A DNA stretch of 50,370 bases, the filler included, from Catajapyx aquilonaris (taxonomy: Eukaryota): NCBI GenBank assembly GCA_000934665.2. It is 3 parts of 3 records of this genome, joined end to end, with 100 filler letters (N's around TTAATTAATTAA, not from the genome) between each part and the next. Parts side by side here need not be neighbours in the genome. Positions count along the whole stretch, not along the records: positions 1 to 16,734 come from JYFJ02007124.1; 2 more parts are not named here. One strand, written 5' to 3'. Shown here piece by piece: positions 1 to 11,917 of the stretch. The notes under the pieces are model-generated. The model was not told the origin of the DNA and made no database searches. It worked only from the letters and a program-made list of their open reading frames with translations. Numbering within the stretch: position 1 is the stretch's first letter; each line of letters starts with the position of its first letter. The translations under genes were made by a program, and so were the position numbers.

Positions 1-263
1 GGGGGGAAATAAGCTGCCAGGAGGCAGCCACATGGGAATCATTTTAAATTCTCTTTCCATTAACATTTGCCATTGTAATAAATATAAATCCAGTATGAAT
101 CCTGTCCACTGGTTGCATCAGTGACGATGGAATTTCCCTATTGGTTCCTCGGGTTACTCAGCGATGTTATCACTCGGCGAAGACTTTGCTCGTCATATCG
201 CTCCATGTAAATGCGGCTTTAGTTAAATTTTACACAGCAGAGTGTGTATGTAAAAGATAAATA

Positions 264-1261
264 CAGGGTGGACGGAAAGTTTCGGACCCCCCCAGGTTTT
301 TTAACCCTACTTTTCACAGTGTCTTTTCACATCTTTTAAAAGTCCACAAGCAGTTCTAATGTACACTATCTTTTGAAGCATAATCTCGAGAACATCTGAG
401 CACCTTCGCTCTCGCAATTCCATTAATAACTTCGCCTCTGTGACTCATCTAAACATCCTATCTGTTTTGCGTTTATTTTGCTTGTTGCCTTGGAGGTCCC
501 CTGGTCATATTCTGCGTCAGATAAGGTTTTTATGACCCTTTTCCATGAGTTCCCCTTCATGCAAATGTTGTGAACTCACTCCTGACCTTATTTTTCGCAT
601 TGGTCCATAACCTGGTCCAATAAAAATTTGAAAAGGAATGCATAAAATGGCGGACCCGGATGCATTACTTTCGAATTGGTACCATCACATTTGTCTCCAT
701 TTTTACTTTAAAATAATTTTTTCGTGGGAAAGGACAGTAAACAGTCCTACCTTGGTAAATTAATCAACATGACACATCCTTTCGTTCACGTCCTTTCGCA
801 CCAAAAAATTATTTTAAAGTAAAAGTGGAGACAAATGTGATGGTACCAATGTGAGAATTGGAAAGTAATGCATCCGGGTCCGCCATTTCATGCATTCCTT
901 TTCAAATTTTTATTGGACCAGGTTGTGGACCAATGCGAAAAATAAGGTCAGGAGTGAGTTCACAACATTTGCATGAAGGGGAACTCATGGAAAAGGGTCA
1001 TAAAAACCTTACCTGACGCACACTATGACCAGGTGTCCTCCAAGGCAACAAGCAAAATAAACGCAAAACAGATAGGATGTTTAGATGAGTCACAGAGGCG
1101 AAGTTATTAATGGAATTGCGAGAGCGAAGGTGCTCAGATGTTCTCGAGATTATGCTTCAAAAGATAGTGTACATTAGAACTGCTTGTGGACTTTTAAAAG
1201 ATGTGAAAAGACGCTGTGAAAAGTANGGGGGGGGGGGGTCCAAAACTTTCCGTCCACCCTG
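264..1261. mobile_element. Tc1/mariner-type foldback MITE, almost entirely palindromic
   Basis: Termini CAGGGTGGACGGAAAGTTT ... AAACTTTCCGTCCACCCTG, each flanked by TA (262-263, 1262-1263). The arms are reverse-complementary for about 450 bp around a short centre at about 725-800. Confidence 0.9.
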
Positions 1262-1820
1262 TACATTCACTATTTCTGAGAAAACCATAATAATGTACAT
1301 TATTTCATGACTTTTTTTTTTCATTGCGTTTCATTAAAGTTTCCCTTGCTCCTCGGATTATCCGACCATGCTTCTGTCCTGTGGGTGATGGATAATCAGG
1401 GTTCTACTGTATGTGTGTGTGTGCCGCTTGGTTGAATCCAAATAATAAAACTTATCATAGATTTTTACTTTGTCTTCTAGAAAAAGTCTGTTATATTTCT
1501 TCGTCGGCGAGACATATTGAGTGGGTGAAATTTTTGTCCCACTGCAAGTTACTGCTAACTTAGCCATACCAATGTTGGCACCGGTACTGTTAAGTAAGCA
1601 GTATCTAGCAGTGGGACGAAAATGTAACAAATTTTTCCAGACTTCAGTTTTAAATGTTATTTTTTTGGTGATGCACGTATCATCCGTACCCAGATAATTG
1701 GAAGTACAGTGCATTAAAAAAATTAAATTCCCCCTCCCCCCCCCCCTCAAACACACACACAGGGATGTGCACTGAAATAATTTAATGCCTCGTTTTGGAG
1801 CTTTTAATGTAAAAATTATA

Positions 1821-2263
1821 CAGGGTAAACAGGGAAACTCGCGGATAATCGCCAGGTAGACTGATAGTACTCGTAAAAGTAATATAGGGATGTGCAATTA
1901 GTTTTAAGCTCTGTTGTGTAGTTAATGCATACGGCGCTGTAAAAGTTTCGTGACGTCACATCTGTTCCGCCAGCTTCTAAGATGCAAAAGTCAGTTCGAG
2001 GCCCTCCGGTCCTTTGCCTTGGTCCCCTAACACATTGTCCATGTGCAAAAGGCGATCAAATCCCGTCCGAGTAAGAATCCGGGTACGACACCCATGCACT
2101 TTGTCGTTTTTGCTTCAAATTCCACCATCCGGCCCTCTACACTTTAAGGGCGCCGTACGCATTAACTACGCAACGGAGCCAAAACTAATTGCACATCCCT
2201 ATATTAGTTTTGCGAGTACTATCAGTCTATCTGGCGATTGTCCACGAGTTTCCCTTCACCCTG
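1821..2263. mobile_element. Tc1/mariner-type MITE
   Basis: CAGGGT...ACCCTG termini with TA on both sides; about 110-bp imperfect TIRs (GGGAAACTCG.GGA.AATCGCCAG.TAGACTGATAGTACTCG). Confidence 0.85.
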
Positions 2264-2322
2264 TACATCTTAAGCCCCATGGCTTCTCTACAGATGACAC
2301 ATACACCTATGAGGACCATATA

Positions 2323-2554
2323 CAGGGTGTTCCAAGTATTAGGGTCATTTTCAGTTACTGCCAATATCACCTGACGTATTTACTTTTGTTTAGCTTGTTC
2401 CACCCCAATCCAGGTGCGCAATTATTCCCAGGTGGTGGAATGTAGCAGTTACTTTATAATAGGGCACCTCAATCAGGGCGCAACAAGCAACAAAAGAACA
2501 GCTTTGGACAACATTTATTATAACGAAAGTGACCCAAACACTTGGAACACCCGG
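2323..2554. mobile_element. Short degenerate Tc1/mariner-type MITE
   Basis: TA-CAGGGTGTTCCAAGTATTAGGGTCATTTTC on the left versus GAAAGTGACCCAAACACTTGGAACACCCGG on the right. Confidence 0.7.
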
Positions 2555-2904
2555 TTTATATGCAGTATAGTATAGTACACAGCTGAATAACAATAAATTG
2601 AACATAACGTTGTACGAGAGTGAACCCCTCCCTCCCCACAATATTGTAAGGGGAGAGAGGTATCTTGCCTAAAATAAGTAAATAAATACTCTGCAATTAA
2701 TATGTTTGAAACCATCTCTTTAAACAAACACCATATAGTAATTCTCTCATTCAACTTCATCTGGCACTTTCTCTAATTGGCTCATGAGAGAGTGGAGATC
2801 TCAAGTTCATCCTAGTGACTTGCCCAAGAATTGGGTGTGGTGTCAAGTTAGGTTAAAAATAAGTTTAGAATGTTGAAGGTCAATGATATTCACAATAAAC
2901 TAAC

Positions 2905-3009
2905 CTTATCAGGGTGGCTCTTATTCTTCTCTTTCCATGCTGTAAACTGTTCCTCCCATTGTTTAAACTGGTCCTCAAATGATTCAGATTCGTAAGGGGG
3001 CATTTCATT
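2905..3009 (-). CDS. YLPM1: YLP motif-containing protein 1 (ZAP3), internal coding exon
   Basis: ttgcag|NEMPPYESESFEDQFKQWEEQFTAWKEKNKSHPDK|gttagt, 105 nt, phase 0. It matches the F..QF..WEE.F..WK..N..HPD motif of arthropod ZAP3/YLPM1. No later exon could be traced before the contig start. Confidence 0.85.
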
Positions 3010-3462
3010 CTGCAAGTTAAAAATTTGCACAATTATGCAATGTAAACCACATTCCTTTGCTTGTAATAGAACACATGAACACAAAAAACACATGCAACAA
3101 GGAGGAAGCAAAAACAATTTCCACATGAAAAAATTGTGCCCATTATCCAGGGATCAACCTCGGAAACTGAGGTTGTACGGTACTGGGACTATGCCGCCCT
3201 GCTGTTCTGAAATTTCGCTGGTTCTTCTAGCCACCTCCCAGGCACATTATCACTCTTGGATTGCACCCTCTGCTGTTAAATCTTTTTCCGCTCTTGCAAT
3301 GTAATTTAAGGGAACTGGGAGAAATTTCTAGGAACCACCTCTGGCAAAAGTGAGAAGGTGAAAATGAACAGTTGAACAGCATAGCCATATAACCCCCCAT
3401 ACCCTCCTTTTTCAGACACAGAAGACTGTTAATGACCTAACTTTCAAACTCTAGCTGTTATA

Positions 3463-4210
3463 CAGTCGAATCCCTCTATAACGAATCCGGATATAACGAA
3501 AATCCAACGAAAGAAAATTTGTGACCGTCAGAGGCCCCATATAAACCCATGTTAAAAATATCCCCTTTTAACGAAAGGATTTTCAGTTTTGGTTGACAAC
3601 AAAAATATTTTGCTCCGCCAGTCCCACCTCTCCACTGAAATTGGCCATAAATCACCAGCTGTGTGTTTTGGATTCAACTTTTTTTTCACACATTCCCTTC
3701 AAAAGTTGATAATTTGGGGTCCTAATGGAAGGGAAAGGATTCTCTAGGAGGGAGGGGAGGGGCTGTCGTGCAGTGACTCAGAGCTGCCCACTGGATTTAA
3801 CACTAGCACATGGCCCCCCCAGGGAAGGAGGCAGGTGGTTAAAACCTGGGAATATTCACAGGAGATAACAGCCTGACCTTTCCTTATCATCTTTCCCCAC
3901 CATTTCCTCTTTCCCCCCTTGGGTCTACTACTTGTGGGAGATTATGGTGGGCATATTATGCAGGCGCACGGGTTAGCTGATCCACCGAATTGCTGCAGCT
4001 TATTGTTGTCGACTTTGCGCCGTGCTTTGTGAGATAATCTAATTTAGCGCGGAAGATATTTTTTTACTATTTTTCCCGCTACCAGGGCTTAATATAACGC
4101 CTAAATATCGAAAGAAGGGAGGTTTAAACGCGTTTTTTAATATAACGAATTTCACATATAACGAAAGAAAATTAGGTTCCCTTCAATTTCGTTATAGAGG
4201 GATTCGACTG
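3463..4210. mobile_element. pogo/Tigger-like MITE
   Basis: 23-bp TIR CAGTCGAATCCCTCTATAACGAA ... TTCGTTATAGAGGGATTCGACTG, TA flanks, and internal repeats of ATATAACGAA. Confidence 0.9.
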
Positions 4211-4212
4211 TA

Positions 4213-5798
4213 CTTGCTCAACACCAATAAAGTTCGCCTAGCACGAAAATCACATGCATGTCGACGTTACAAATACGCATTACTTGAGAATGAATCATGT
4301 TTTAATCACACAACTTATATGCTAATGAGCCACGTGGAATAGCAATGTTGGGGTGAGATATCAATGCATTTGTCACTGGAACAAGACGAATAGGACAGTT
4401 TTTATTTAGTGCGCCAGGAGCAATGGAGTTCACCCAGAGTGCTAAATGCGCCACAAAGTTCGCCTAGAAGCAGGTGACATCGCCATGGGCAGCAATGATG
4501 GCCTCCACACAACACAACATGTGTTGAGTGAGCTCTGGCACTCAGCTGGAGTGATGGTGTCCCAAACCTCCCATAGTTTGGCCCTCAAGGGATGCCTTGG
4601 TGCAAGGATGTTTCCTCTGAAGTACCTTCTTCAAGACTTTTCCAGTCTGTCTCATTCGGATTGAGGTCCAGGCTGCTCGATGACCATGTAGAATGTCAAT
4701 CCCCTTGTCTGCCAGCCACTTGCTTCCGCTGTTTTGGCAAAATGCAAAGTCCTGTTGAAATATTAAGTTGACAAGGGCGGCATGGTGGTCTAGCGGTTAC
4801 GCCGCTGGCCAGCCAAGCGGGAGGCCGGGGTTCAAATCCTGTCCCCGCCACCTCTGCTTGTCTTTTCCGCTTTTCACCCGACATACGAGGGCAGAATTGC
4901 ACTCCCTACTCTGACAGGGGCCAGCAGAAAAGGTCTGGTGTATTTCACGTCAGAATTGACTAAAAATTACAGCCCCCTCCCTTGGGGACCTCCCCTTCCC
5001 CCCTAAGAGGGCCACAAGCTCTATCACAGGGTAAAAAAATAAAAAATAAATAAAATTAAAAAATTAAAAAACGTTGACACCCGGATGTAAGGTTGCTATT
5101 GAGGGCACACACAGCGGATCGTCTCTCAAAATCTCCTGAAACATGGCTGTATCGATGGTGCCATTGATGCCGTGAAAGTTGCCAAGGCCGACACTCCCCA
5201 TGCATCCCCACACCATAATGCTGTGTGCATGTTTGACAATTCTAGTGAGACATTGGGATGGTATGCCTCTTTCTTTGTTTGCAGTACTCAATATATTATC
5301 GATGTCCCTGTACTGACTAATTCATCGCGAAACTTGACTAATTCCACATCTGATGTGACCAATGCTTCCATTACTTCTCCCAAGCAAGTCTTTTTACTGT
5401 TCCAGTGCCATCAACAGTGGTTTCTTCTTGACCCATTGTCAAGAGGGCAGATCCTGATTTCATGAATTTCCTGTTAGTCTTTGAGAAGTTGCGCATAAAA
5501 GTTCCTCTTCATGTCATGGGTGCAGAATCGACAGGTTGTTGTGGTGACCACCTTTTGGGTCACCTCTGGCGCTCTGGGCGAACTCCATTGCCCCCGGCGC
5601 GCTAAATAAATACTGACCTATTCTTCTTGTTCCACTGACAAATGCATTGATATCTCGCCCCAAGATTTCTCTTCCATGTGGCTCATTAGCAAATAAGTTG
5701 TGTGATTAAAACATGATTCATTCTCATGTAATTCATATTTGTAACATTGACATGCAGGTGATTTTCATGCCTTGAGAACTTCATTGGTGTTGGGCAAG
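4213..5798 (-). mobile_element. Decayed Tc1 transposon with long IR/DR-type termini, interrupted by a SINE
   Basis: About 230-bp TIRs (CTTGCTCAACACCAAT ... ATTGGTGTTGGGCAAG) with TA flanks. Minus-strand transposase remnants: VKHAHSIMVWGCM (ORF 5064-5291), LIFQQDFAFC, WSSSSLDLNPNE (canonical WPSQSPDLNPIE) and EAIIAAHGDVTCF*. Confidence 0.9.
4774..5072 (+). mobile_element. tRNA-derived SINE (family A) inserted in the Tc1 remnant
   Basis: A box TGGTCTAGCGGT, B box GGTTCAAATCC, A-rich tail, and a GTTGACA duplication at 4767-4773 and 5073-5079. Confidence 0.85.
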
Positions 5799-5800
5799 TA

Positions 5801-5976
5801 CAGTCGACTCTGGATTTAAGACACTTCAAGGGACCACAAAAATCAGTATCCTAAAACCGAGGCTTCCTATAGCCAAATACACAGGCCATATCTGGAAGTA
5901 TGATGGGACCAGCCTTTCCAGTTGGCTTAAGACAAGGGTTGCTCATAGCCGAGGCTCTTTCATCTGGAGTTGACTG
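5801..5976. mobile_element. Short degenerate pogo-like MITE
   Basis: CAGTCGACTCTGGAT ... ATCTGGAGTTGACTG termini; preceded by TA. Confidence 0.65.
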
Positions 5977-6291
5977 TGCTTATCCATGGCATGCACATAC
6001 AGATATATAGTAGGTTTACCCAGTGGTACAATGCCCAAGACCCAACATCAAGAGGAGGTAAGAAAAGTTATAAATTATGTACTCTGAGCAATAGGTTCAC
6101 AGAAAAGCAACAATCTTGACTTGTGAATGTGGTCCTGATTGCTGCTTCCCTTTTGAAACTGGTAGCTGGAGTAAACTATCCATAACTTCTTTCCTTACTC
6201 CTATTTAACTGGGGATTTGGGTAATACATCACCAGCCATATGCTACGTAACCTCACTTCCTTACTGCAATAAATCAATGAACAAAACGTAC

Positions 6292-6663
6292 TTTTTGTGG
6301 CAGTGATGGTCCTTTCATTCCATCGCCCATTGGTCCTATCCCTAAACCAGATGCACCTCTGTCACCAGCACCAACTCTTCCGTCACCAGCACCCACTCTT
6401 CCATCACCTGCTGCCATCCAATCAACCCTCCCCACCCCAGGACCTCGTCCTATACTTCCACTAGTTCCTCCTCCTCTCCCCACACCACACCCTGCATTTG
6501 GCCTTCCCATGTCTACTTTGGGTTCATCCTCTTCTGGTGGAGGTGGGGGTGGGGGCTTATGGGTATCTTCTGGTGGTGGCGGAGGAGGTGGCGGGGCCGC
6601 CGCTGGAAGTGGTGGGGGTCTAGACATATCTGGATATGAAGCTGTCTGATTCATACCTCCCAC
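6292..6663 (-). CDS. YLPM1: YLPM1 internal coding exon (Pro-rich, Gly-rich)
   Basis: taacag|VGGMNQTASYPDMSRPPPLP...GPSLPQK|gtacgt, 372 nt, phase 0 at both ends, in frame with the neighbouring exons. Confidence 0.85.
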
Positions 6664-7173
6664 CTGTTACAAGTAAAATAAAAACACAAGCTTCTTTGAT
6701 TCTGGGTTCATCCTTTTCTCATGGGAGATCAACTTGGAAGCTAATTGACTCAGTTGAGGTGGAATATGACCCAGAAGTCCCCATAACAGAGACATATTGA
6801 GCCAAGTACTGCAGGTAATGACAAGAATTCATGATGGGTTCACAGTCACAATGACACAGGCATAAGAAGACAAGAAGCAAATGAAAAATGAAATGAAAGA
6901 TGGATAAGAAGCTAGTTTGGCACACTAAGGTCACAGTCCATGGACACTACCCCATTTCTTCCTTGGTACAGCGTCACCTGTCCTAAATCTTTCTGTCCAT
7001 CTGGTGGTGTATGCTGGTAAAGAATGGGTTCTGTTTGTATGTATTTTACGTGCAAAAATAAATCAAGTGAAAACTTTTTTAACAAGTTGGATAATGAAGG
7101 AGAGAGGAGATCCTTGTCTCCTTTCGCCCCATCAGTGTCAACCACTCATGAAATGTCCTGGCATGCTTCCATA

Positions 7174-7549
7174 CAGGGCGTTTCTTACTAGTATGGCCAA
7201 TGGCCATCAGTACATTCCCTGGGCCAAAACAAGTCGAAAATGTAGGGGGGAGAAATGTCACGGGACCAACCGTTAACGACGTAGATGACCAGTGACATTG
7301 GCGAGTGGTTGCAGGCAGCAAGTTATGAGCGTGATAATCACGACTGTTGGAATTTGTGAGATCACCTCTTTCACAGAAGTGATTAACTCCGCTCATATCC
7401 TATTCCTTACGCAACCACTGGCCAATGTTTCTGGTTATCTACCTTGTTACTGGTTGGTCCCCTGACATTTCTCCCCTATACATTTTCGACTTGTTTTGGG
7501 CCAAGGAATACGGTGACGGCCGTTGGCCATACTAGTAGGAAACACCCTG
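7174..7549. mobile_element. Tc1/mariner-type MITE
   Basis: CAGGGCGTTTCTTACTAGTATGGCCAA ... TTGGCCATACTAGTAGGAAACACCCTG, about 100-bp TIRs, TA flanks. Confidence 0.85.
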
Positions 7550-7881
7550 TATATTACGTGCCAACTTTTACTGAAGCAGTTTGGTGTAGTTAGTGGATAA
7601 GGTGTTCGACTGCTAATCAGGAAGTCCTGGGTTCGAGTCCCGGGGCCGGCAATCCTAACCGTGGTTTTCTGTGATTTCCCACGGTTCCTCCAGGAGAATT
7701 CCGGATTTGTTTCCTAAACTAATAGGCCACAGCCACCTCCTTCCTTTCCTATCCTATCCCAAAAAGAGCAGTAAAAACGAAACGAAGAGTTCCAGTCAAA
7801 AAAAAAAATATCCCCCCTAAAGAGCCGCCGGCTGATAACGGGGTATGAATGATTAGTATTATTATTATTATTATTAGTATT

Positions 7882-8142
7882 AATAATGGATACCCCGTGA
7901 TAGGCCCCTTGGGCCTCTTAGGGGATCATCTTTTGAATAACCGACATTAATCATTTGCCTGTAATGTGATGGATTTTGATAGTGGGAGGAAACGGGAGAA
8001 CCCCGAGAAAACCCACGCGAACACAGAGTAGAACCCATCGAAACTCTATCCACATAAGTATCCTCCGTCCGACCCGGGGATCGAACTCGGGACCTTAGAG
8101 GTGGAAGGCTGCAGCGCTAACCACTCGGCCACCGTGTCGCCC
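7882..8142 (-). mobile_element. tRNA-derived SINE with V-SINE-like core (family C), nested in the family B tail
   Basis: Minus strand reads GGGCGACACGGTGGCCGAGTGGTTAGCG...GAGTTCGATCCC, then GCGTGGGTTTTCTCGGGGTTCTCCCGTTTCCTCCCAC, which resembles the V domain. Confidence 0.8.

Positions 8143-8221
<79 letters not shown>
8143..8221 (+). repeat. (TAT)n microsatellite (SINE tail), about 26 units
   Basis: Perfect TAT run; it explains the poly-Tyr ORF 8101-8400. Confidence 0.95.
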
Positions 8222-9163
8222 TGCCAACTTTTACAATAAAAGGCACCCTCCCCTCCACCCCATTCTCTATGGTCTCAGCAGTCGGCACGGTGGCATGTGT
8301 ATTACACTGGCATTGCAGTTTTCACCCCTTGCCAATGCTTCAAATTGCACAATGTACAGCCCTAGCTAAAACCAAACTGTCGTTTGTCTCCCTACACTAG
8401 CAGGCAAGATTCCGTTGCAAAACATACACTGTCACTGGATTAGTTTTAGTATGTGAGGAAGAAATCCAAATGATTCAGTAATCAATCGGCATGAGCAGAG
8501 ACAAAGAGATAAGCTCCAGACTGCTACTGTGCCTGCACTATCTTAATGTTGCATTGATTAATCAATTTACAGAAATTTATCAATAAGAATGTCGACCATT
8601 TTCCAAAAATTAATAATGATTTGGACAGCATACAAAGTAGAAGTGCTAAAATCATCTGATTCACAAGCAATAATTTTAAGAGCCACAATATTGTCTGTTG
8701 ATGTGCAATACTAATGCAGCCCAGTCTAACTGAAATTAAAATGTCACAATTTGGTGTTTTGTGTGGTTCCTGAAGGCTGCCAGCACTATACACGGTAAAA
8801 ACCAATCACATTGATTACTTACATGCACCAGAACGATTGCGAAATATGCTTTCCTGTTCTAGTGTAATATTCATATTGTTTATTTATTTGTGCTCATTTT
8901 GACTGGTAGGAGAAAATTACAAACAACACCCAACTTTATATCAGCCAGCTGGCTCTCCTGGTCAACCTTATTTGATACCAGCATGCTGCAAAATGCAGAA
9001 TACAGTACTTGCTCCTTGACTTATTCATAACCACATCTTAGCTCCTTTCATCTGACTCAAGCGTGCATGTTACATCTGGAAACTTCTAAACACTGAGATG
9101 TATTAATATGCTTTAAATTATAAAGAGAAATAAATAAATAAATAATAATTATGTTGTCCTTAC

Positions 9164-9280
9164 ACTGGCCTGTTCAAACCACTGCTGCTGCATAAGATGC
9201 CACTGTTGCCATTGCTGCTGTTGTTGCTGCTGCATGGCGGACCATTGTTGGGCCTGCTGTTGCATAACTGCATATGGATC
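9164..9280 (-). CDS. YLPM1: YLPM1 coding exon 2 (Gln/Trp-rich)
   Basis: ggtcag|DPYAVMQQQAQQWSAMQQQQQQQWQQWHLMQQQWFEQAS|gtaagg, 117 nt, phase 0. The QQWQQW tract is typical of ZAP3/YLPM1 N-termini. Confidence 0.85.
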
Positions 9281-9590
9281 CTGACCAAAAAAATGTGTAT
9301 ATCAAACCACTGTAAGCTGCCTTTATTATCAGCATGTAGCCTACAAGAACTAAATCTGCTCAATCACCACCTGAAACGGAGTGTGTGTCATAATGATTCA
9401 GACAAGCTTTCATAAGCTGAACTCCTGGGCGCTAGATGATCACTTGATCTAGAGGTGCCACTTTGTCTCCACTGTCTTATTACTAAGATAATGCACTTTA
9501 AACGCAAGCTATTAAAATATCCTGGCAGATATGCATTCCTCCCCACAACCTTGCCTTTTAAATTCAAAATCTAGGTGTGACAATGCAATT

Positions 9591-10126
9591 GAAGACGTCA
9601 CTTGCCAAAGGGCCCCACTCCACGAGGTGAAAATTTTCAGGAGAGACTAAAAACTGCATACATGTGTAATTGCTCCATTTAGAGTTTCGCGGCTTATGCT
9701 GCTAATAGGGCACCATTATACACACCTAGTGGCATCTGCTAGAAAGCAATAGGTCAGAGTCTATTGAAGGTCAAAATCAGTGGAGTTGGGACCTTTGGCA
9801 ACTGAACGCCCTGTAGCAAATTTCAGTGGTATAGTCATGCCTGTCCATCTGAACACATCATATTCATAAAGTAGTAGTACAAAGAAAGGTGTGACCAGTT
9901 TTATTGCCATCATATGATAATAATTATTAATATCAATCACAATCTGATCTACGCCCAGTCAGTTGCCAAAGGGCCCAACTTCAGAAGTAGGCAATGGACT
10001 GCAAATCATCACATTCAATTTTAAGACACTTCTGATTGACTTTGGCCCGACTCCAAGAGTAGGAATCCACAATAAAACAGTTTTTCGAAATTTTGGGAGT
10101 TGGGCCCTTTGGCAAGTGATGTCGTC
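9591..10126. mobile_element. MITE with AATT flanks (possibly Sola-type)
   Basis: GAAGACGTCACTTGCCAAAGGGCCCCACTCC ... GGAGTTGGGCCCTTTGGCAAGTGATGTCGTC with AATT on both sides; internal copies of the TIR motif at about 9782 and 9960. Confidence 0.7.
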
Positions 10127-10382
10127 AATTATAATTTAACTGTTCCTTCATTAAGTTATAGTTGGCAGTAGCCAGGCAATAGGAGTTTCACGGGGTGTAT
10201 CAGTTACATATGATGAGATGACACAAAGCATGTTGATGAATACGCATTATCGCTGTAAAAAGGTTTCAGAGTCCAAATGACACCTGTACAAAAGTGATCC
10301 TGGAATTCCCAGGAATTCACCCAAAACATTTGTCTGAATCACTATGAAATACTCAGCATTTTAAATGAAAAGGAACACCTAC

Positions 10383-10520
10383 TCCAGCTGGGTCCATGTA
10401 TGAACTGGCTGCTTGGGTAGTCACTGCAGACTGCCCATAAAGAGCTGAAGCTTCATAGCCCTGCACCGGCGGAGCCTGCGCTGGTGCATGGGGCATTGCC
10501 CATGAATTCCATGAAGCCAT
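10383..10520 (-). CDS. YLPM1: YLPM1 first coding exon
   Basis: ATG at 10520, MASWNSWAMPHAPAQAPP...YMDPAG|gtaggt (phase 0). The exon acceptor tttacag lies just above 10591, so a non-coding first exon lies further upstream. Confidence 0.75.
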
Positions 10521-11917
10521 ACTTGAAATCTCCGCTTTCTCACTCAATCATATTCAAGCAAATTGATGGGCAAACCATCTTGAAAATGAACCTGTAAAAA
10601 TAAAGATACAGTTGAAATATGAAGGCATTACCACAGGCACAAGCAGCATGTCATGTTTAATGGACTTCAATTAATAAAATAATATTTCTGCTTATATGGC
10701 ACAGCCTTCATCAGGATTTAAAATACCATAAGTGGAGGTGACGTTGTGACAGATTTTGAGGTTTTTTGTATCAGCAGAAACAGTTTAATGTTTTACCAAC
10801 AAATGTCTTATTAAGGTTTGTACCCTCATCCTTCCTCTACATGTCCATGTGCAGATAATATCAATAACTTCATCTGTTACAAAGATATTTACATTTGTCA
10901 CAAAGTCACCTGGCCATGGATGTCAAAGAGGTTCCCTTGGTAACCCCTTGCACAATTTCATCATTTGGCAGTATGAATAACAGGTTCTGCTGCTAGTGGA
11001 TGAATAAAACATTTGAGCTTTATGATGGTGCAGACAATACTCTCAATATTTTAAACTTCTTAAATGAGTTTAAATTGAGGAGAAAGAACCTGATTCCCTA
11101 CATCAGTGCTGAGCTGCTGTTTTCTTGATTACACTATCCATCAAAAATTAACTTTTTTTCTGTCCATGGAAATTCATCGTTATTTCCATGTTCCTTAGGT
11201 CACTCGTAACTCATAATGAGCATTCATTTTGTCTTCGATTTGTTTTTGACCTCAAGGCAGTCAAAAAATCAACATCCTCCAATACAGGGGTTTTTCCCAA
11301 TCAAGTGGGCCAAAATGTTGCTAGACCATCTTGGATTTTGGTGAAGAAAATCACAGCTGTACACACCTATGCCATAACACTGCATATCAAGTTTCTGCCA
11401 AATTGCGAAATACAGTGGGGCGGGAAAAAATCTCCAAATTTTAGAAATGGGGCCTTTTTTGGATATTATTTTCTCAGTTAGTGGAAGCCGTCAAAACCCA
11501 ATCAACATATACATCAAATGAAAGAGAAACATGAAGAGAATGCCCCTATGGAATATTGGTTTTCCTCTGAAATGTACCCAGAAAAACATGTGCAGAATTC
11601 CATCGGTCACATGCTCAGTCACATGTCCAAGCATTTAGACCTAGCAACAATAATATTACTGATGTATTTGAGTAACAGCAGTAATATTTGGAGACAGGAG
11701 TTGTGACCCACACAAAATTTAATACGTTCAGTTTCATGCCTGGTTCAGGCATGGCTCGCGAGAAAATAATAGATATGTTTTGCAGATATACCCTTCATTT
11801 TCAAGGACCCGAATTCTTGGACATGTGACAGATAGAATGCCACACGTTTTTCTGGTTACAATTCAAAGGAAAATAAATTTCATGCATTCTCCTCATGTTT
11901 CTCTTCCATTTGATATA

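Larger units (their letters stand above)
7572..8221 (+). mobile_element. tRNA-derived SINE (family B) with (TAT)n tail containing a second SINE
   Basis: tRNA-like head (CGACTGCTAATC, B box GGTTCGAGTCC) and a 13-bp TSD TGCCAACTTTTAC at 7559-7571 and 8222-8234. Related copies at 16481 and 17085. Confidence 0.9.

Noticed and set aside
1110..2760. Short ORFs in the track over MITEs (also the mirrored pairs 11188/12475 and 25373/26771)
   Set aside because: They are chance or mirror-image translations of inverted-repeat arms with no protein-family motifs.
7572..7650. tRNA-Ser(GCT)-like genes here and at 16481 and 17085; other tRNA-like heads at 4774, 8142, 34430, 39637 and 44940
   Set aside because: The better-preserved copies continue into SINE bodies with tails and TSDs, the rest are degenerate heads, and none forms a clean cloverleaf; they are SINE heads.
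8101..8400. Poly-tyrosine protein ORF
   Set aside because: It is the translation of a (TAT)n SINE tail.
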